In this document: positions 62,301 through 64,000 of the stretch, in pieces
Numbering within the stretch: position 1 is the first letter of the stretch
How the letters are laid out: every line of letters begins with the position of its first letter
Origin: Phaeosaccion multiseriatum
Taxonomy: Eukaryota; Protista; Ochrophyta, other classes
Length of the DNA stretch: 64,000 bases
NCBI GenBank assembly: GCA_965112735.1
Contig: OZ218951.1
Span: forward strand, 930,001-994,000
Reading direction: 5' to 3'
The notes under the pieces: generated by a model
What the model saw: the letters and a program-made list of their open reading frames with translations, nothing else
Databases searched by the model: none
What the model was told of the DNA's origin: nothing
Program-made: the position numbers and the translations under genes

Positions 62301-64000
62301 GCTCATGGGCGCGTTCCAAGTGCTGCTGGCTCGTGTGTGCGGAGCGGAGGATGTGGTGGTGGGCACTGCGCACTTCGGAAGGGACATGGCGCAAGGCTTG
62401 GAAGGAGTGCTGGGATGCTTCGTCAACACCCTCGCGTTCCGTCTGGGCCTGGGAGGAAGCCCCAGCTTTCGGGAGGTGCTGCTTCGCGTACAGGGCGCGT
62501 ATCTGGGTGCCATGAAGCATGCCGAGGCACCGTTCCATAAGGTGGTGGAGCGGGCCCAGCTGGGCACAAAGAGTGGTGGCAAGGCGCTACAAGCCTTCTT
62601 TGTACTGCAGGAGGGAGATGCCAGCGCCGTGGAGGAGGAGGCCCAGCTGTCAGCTGGAGCACTCCACGAGATCATGACGGAGGAGGCTGGAGAGCGGCAG
62701 GCCAATCAGTTTAGCAAGACTGACATCGAGCTAAGCCTTGTGCGCAGCACGGACAGTGCGTCGGACATGCACGGCAGCCTGTGCTACAATACGGCGGTGC
62801 TCGACCAGGCCACAATGGAGACCCTGGCGCGGAGCTTCCTGGCGCTGCTGGAGAGTGCAGTGGGCAGGCCGGGCGAGAGCGTGTGGAAGCTGAGTCTCTT
62901 GGCACACGAGGACCGTGTGAAGGTGGTGGAGACGCTGAGCGGCGCTGCACTGGTGGCGGAGGATGCCAATGGAGACGAGGAGGGAGGTGCAGAGGAAGCA
63001 TCGCCACCACCGCCCCTCCTGCACGCGGCTTTCGAAGAGATGGCCTCTCGCAGTCCGGAGCAGGAAGCCCTGCACGAGTATGAGACAGGTCGGGTCATGA
63101 GCTACGGGGAGCTGAATGGGCATGCGAATGCGGTGGCATGCATGCTGCAGGGGAGGGGCATGGGGCCGGAGTGCCTGGTGGGGGTGCTGATTGCTGGGGA
63201 CTGCGTGGAGGCGGTTGTGGCAGTGCTGGGCGTGCTCAAGGCCGGGGCGGCGTACGTGCCCCTGGATCCCGAGCATCCCGACGATAGGCTATCGATGATC
63301 GCACAAGATGCCGGGCTGAACGTCGTTCTCACAGCAGCAACTGGGGCGGACCATGTGGAACAAGGCCTCCCCACAGGCGGTAGGTCGGCTCGCTCCGTCG
63401 GAGGCGCGAGCTGTGTGGATGTGAGGACCATGATGCAGCTCGAGGGGGCTGCTACGACAGTCTCTGAGGTGGAGTGTAAGGCCGTCTATAACAATGTGGC
63501 GTATGTGATATACACGTCTGGAAGCACCGGGCGACCGAAGGGTGTGGTGGTCGAGCATAGAAACGCGGCCGGCTTCATGGCGACGATCTACGAAACGTTA
63601 CTGGGCACTATAGACCCTTCGTCACGGGTGCTACTGAGCAGTGCTTTGACTTTCGACATGTCGGTGGCATTGATCTTCGGGGCTCTGTCATGCGGGGCGA
63701 CGCTCTGCCTGGTACAAAGGCTCTCCATGTTGAGCGAGCTGCCAGAGGTTGTGCGCTCGCTTGGGGTATCGTTCTTGGGGTTCACTCCGTCACTACTGTC
63801 TTTGCTCCAACAGCCTCATGGTGGAGAAGTGGGTTTCCCGAGTCTTCGGTCCATCGCGCTTGGGGGAGAGGCCTTACGTCAAGAGCAGGTCGATTACTGG
63901 AAACACCGAGTGCGACTGGGCAATGCTTATGGACCCACAGAGACGGCGGTGGCAGTCACCTGGCACGAGTACACACCGTCTGCCGTGCCGAGCGCGTCCG
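32340..64000 (+). CDS. Giant hybrid FAAL-PKS-NRPS megasynthetase, 3'-truncated, about 9,500 aa in the window
   Basis: Exons 32340-32768, 32968-33642, 33877-34193, 34352-34395, 34541-35265, 35462-36089, 36231-36717, 36850-37145, 37820-39278, 39542-43831, 44086-50199, 50357-56729, 56919-57473, 57588-60455, 60650-61204 and 61309-end all join via GT-AG in a continuous frame. Splicing restores split motifs (WLPQYH|DMGL, YRT|GDL). The KS, AT, DH, ER, KR, C, A and carrier motifs are listed in the sub-features. Confidence 0.93.
32640..35870 (+). other. Loading module: fatty acyl-AMP ligase (FAAL) plus ACP
   Basis: [76 protein letters not shown]; [13 protein letters not shown]. Confidence 0.88.
35950..38575 (+). 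other. PKS module 1: KS-ACP (no AT, no reductive domains)
   Basis: [49 protein letters not shown], then ~70 aa leading to [12 protein letters not shown]. Confidence 0.85.
37315..37770. repeat. ~450-bp (CCCT)n polypyrimidine microsatellite inside intron 8 of the PKS-NRPS gene
   Basis: Near-continuous ccct units between donor 37146 and acceptor 37819. Confidence 0.95.
38640..43140 (+). other. PKS module 2: KS-AT-KR-ACP
   Basis: [19 protein letters not shown]; AT GHSLGE and HAFHS (malonyl-type); [25 protein letters not shown]; ACP GLDSM. Confidence 0.9.
43200..49510 (+). other. PKS module 3: KS-AT-DH-ER-KR-ACP (full reductive loop)
   Basis: QTACSS/HGTGT; AT GHSLGE/HAFHS; [29 protein letters not shown]; [12 protein letters not shown]; [18 protein letters not shown]; ACP GLDSL. 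Confidence 0.9.
49575..53960 (+). other. PKS module 4: KS-AT-KR-ACP
   Basis: DTLCSS/HGTGT; AT GHSLGE/HAFHS; KR GGLGGLG, HAAGVNG (no LDD), QSAYAGAN; ACP GLDSM. Confidence 0.9.
54030..57645 (+). other. NRPS module 1: C-A-PCP
   Basis: C FHHCIFDG; [60 protein letters not shown]; [12 protein letters not shown]. Confidence 0.9.
57710..61370 (+). other. NRPS module 2: C-A-PCP
   Basis: C FHHSIMDG; [23 protein letters not shown]; [12 protein letters not shown]. Confidence 0.9.
61430..64000 (+). other. NRPS module 3: C-A (truncated by the window end)
   Basis: C FHHSIMDG; [23 protein letters not shown]; near-duplicate of module 2 at a 3721-bp offset. Confidence 0.9.

Noticed and set aside
40071-63785. 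Many long antisense ORFs over the PKS-NRPS
   Set aside because: Shadow ORFs of GC-rich coding sequence; they recur with the duplicated modules and have no motifs of their own
32340-64000. Interpretation as several separate PKS/NRPS genes, pseudogene fragments or bacterial contamination
   Set aside because: Every break is a GT-AG intron that restores frame and motifs, and the introns resemble those of the neighbouring host genes

Overview
Eukaryotic, GC-rich genomic DNA with GT-AG spliceosomal introns full of (CCCT)n, (GAGT)n and (CA)n microsatellites. The RWP-RK gene and intron style suggest a microalga, possibly a stramenopile, but the taxon is inference only. The left half (1-31 kb) holds ordinary genes: the 3' part of a putative SGNH/PC-esterase-like protein with three CBM4/9-like modules, a SNAP-25-like Qbc-SNARE with a C2H2 finger, an RWP-RK transcription factor, MAT1 head-to-head with a GTPBP1/2-family GTPase, a kinesin-6-like motor with a SAP motif, and an orphan ORF. 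Two copies of a small element with terminal inverted repeats (TIR) and 6-bp target-site duplications (TSD) also lie here. The right half (32340 to beyond the window end) is one giant intron-containing hybrid PKS-NRPS gene. I could splice 16 exons in frame by hand, about 9,500 aa so far: FAAL-ACP-[KS-ACP]-[KS-AT-KR-ACP]-[KS-AT-DH-ER-KR-ACP]-[KS-AT-KR-ACP]-[C-A-PCP]-[C-A-PCP]-[C-A...]. This is a predicted lipopeptide assembly line. It shows signs of module duplication, near-identical ATs sitting in an otherwise AT-less scaffold, and patch-wise swapping of the KR and A-domain specificity regions. Exon boundaries and domain limits were read by eye.
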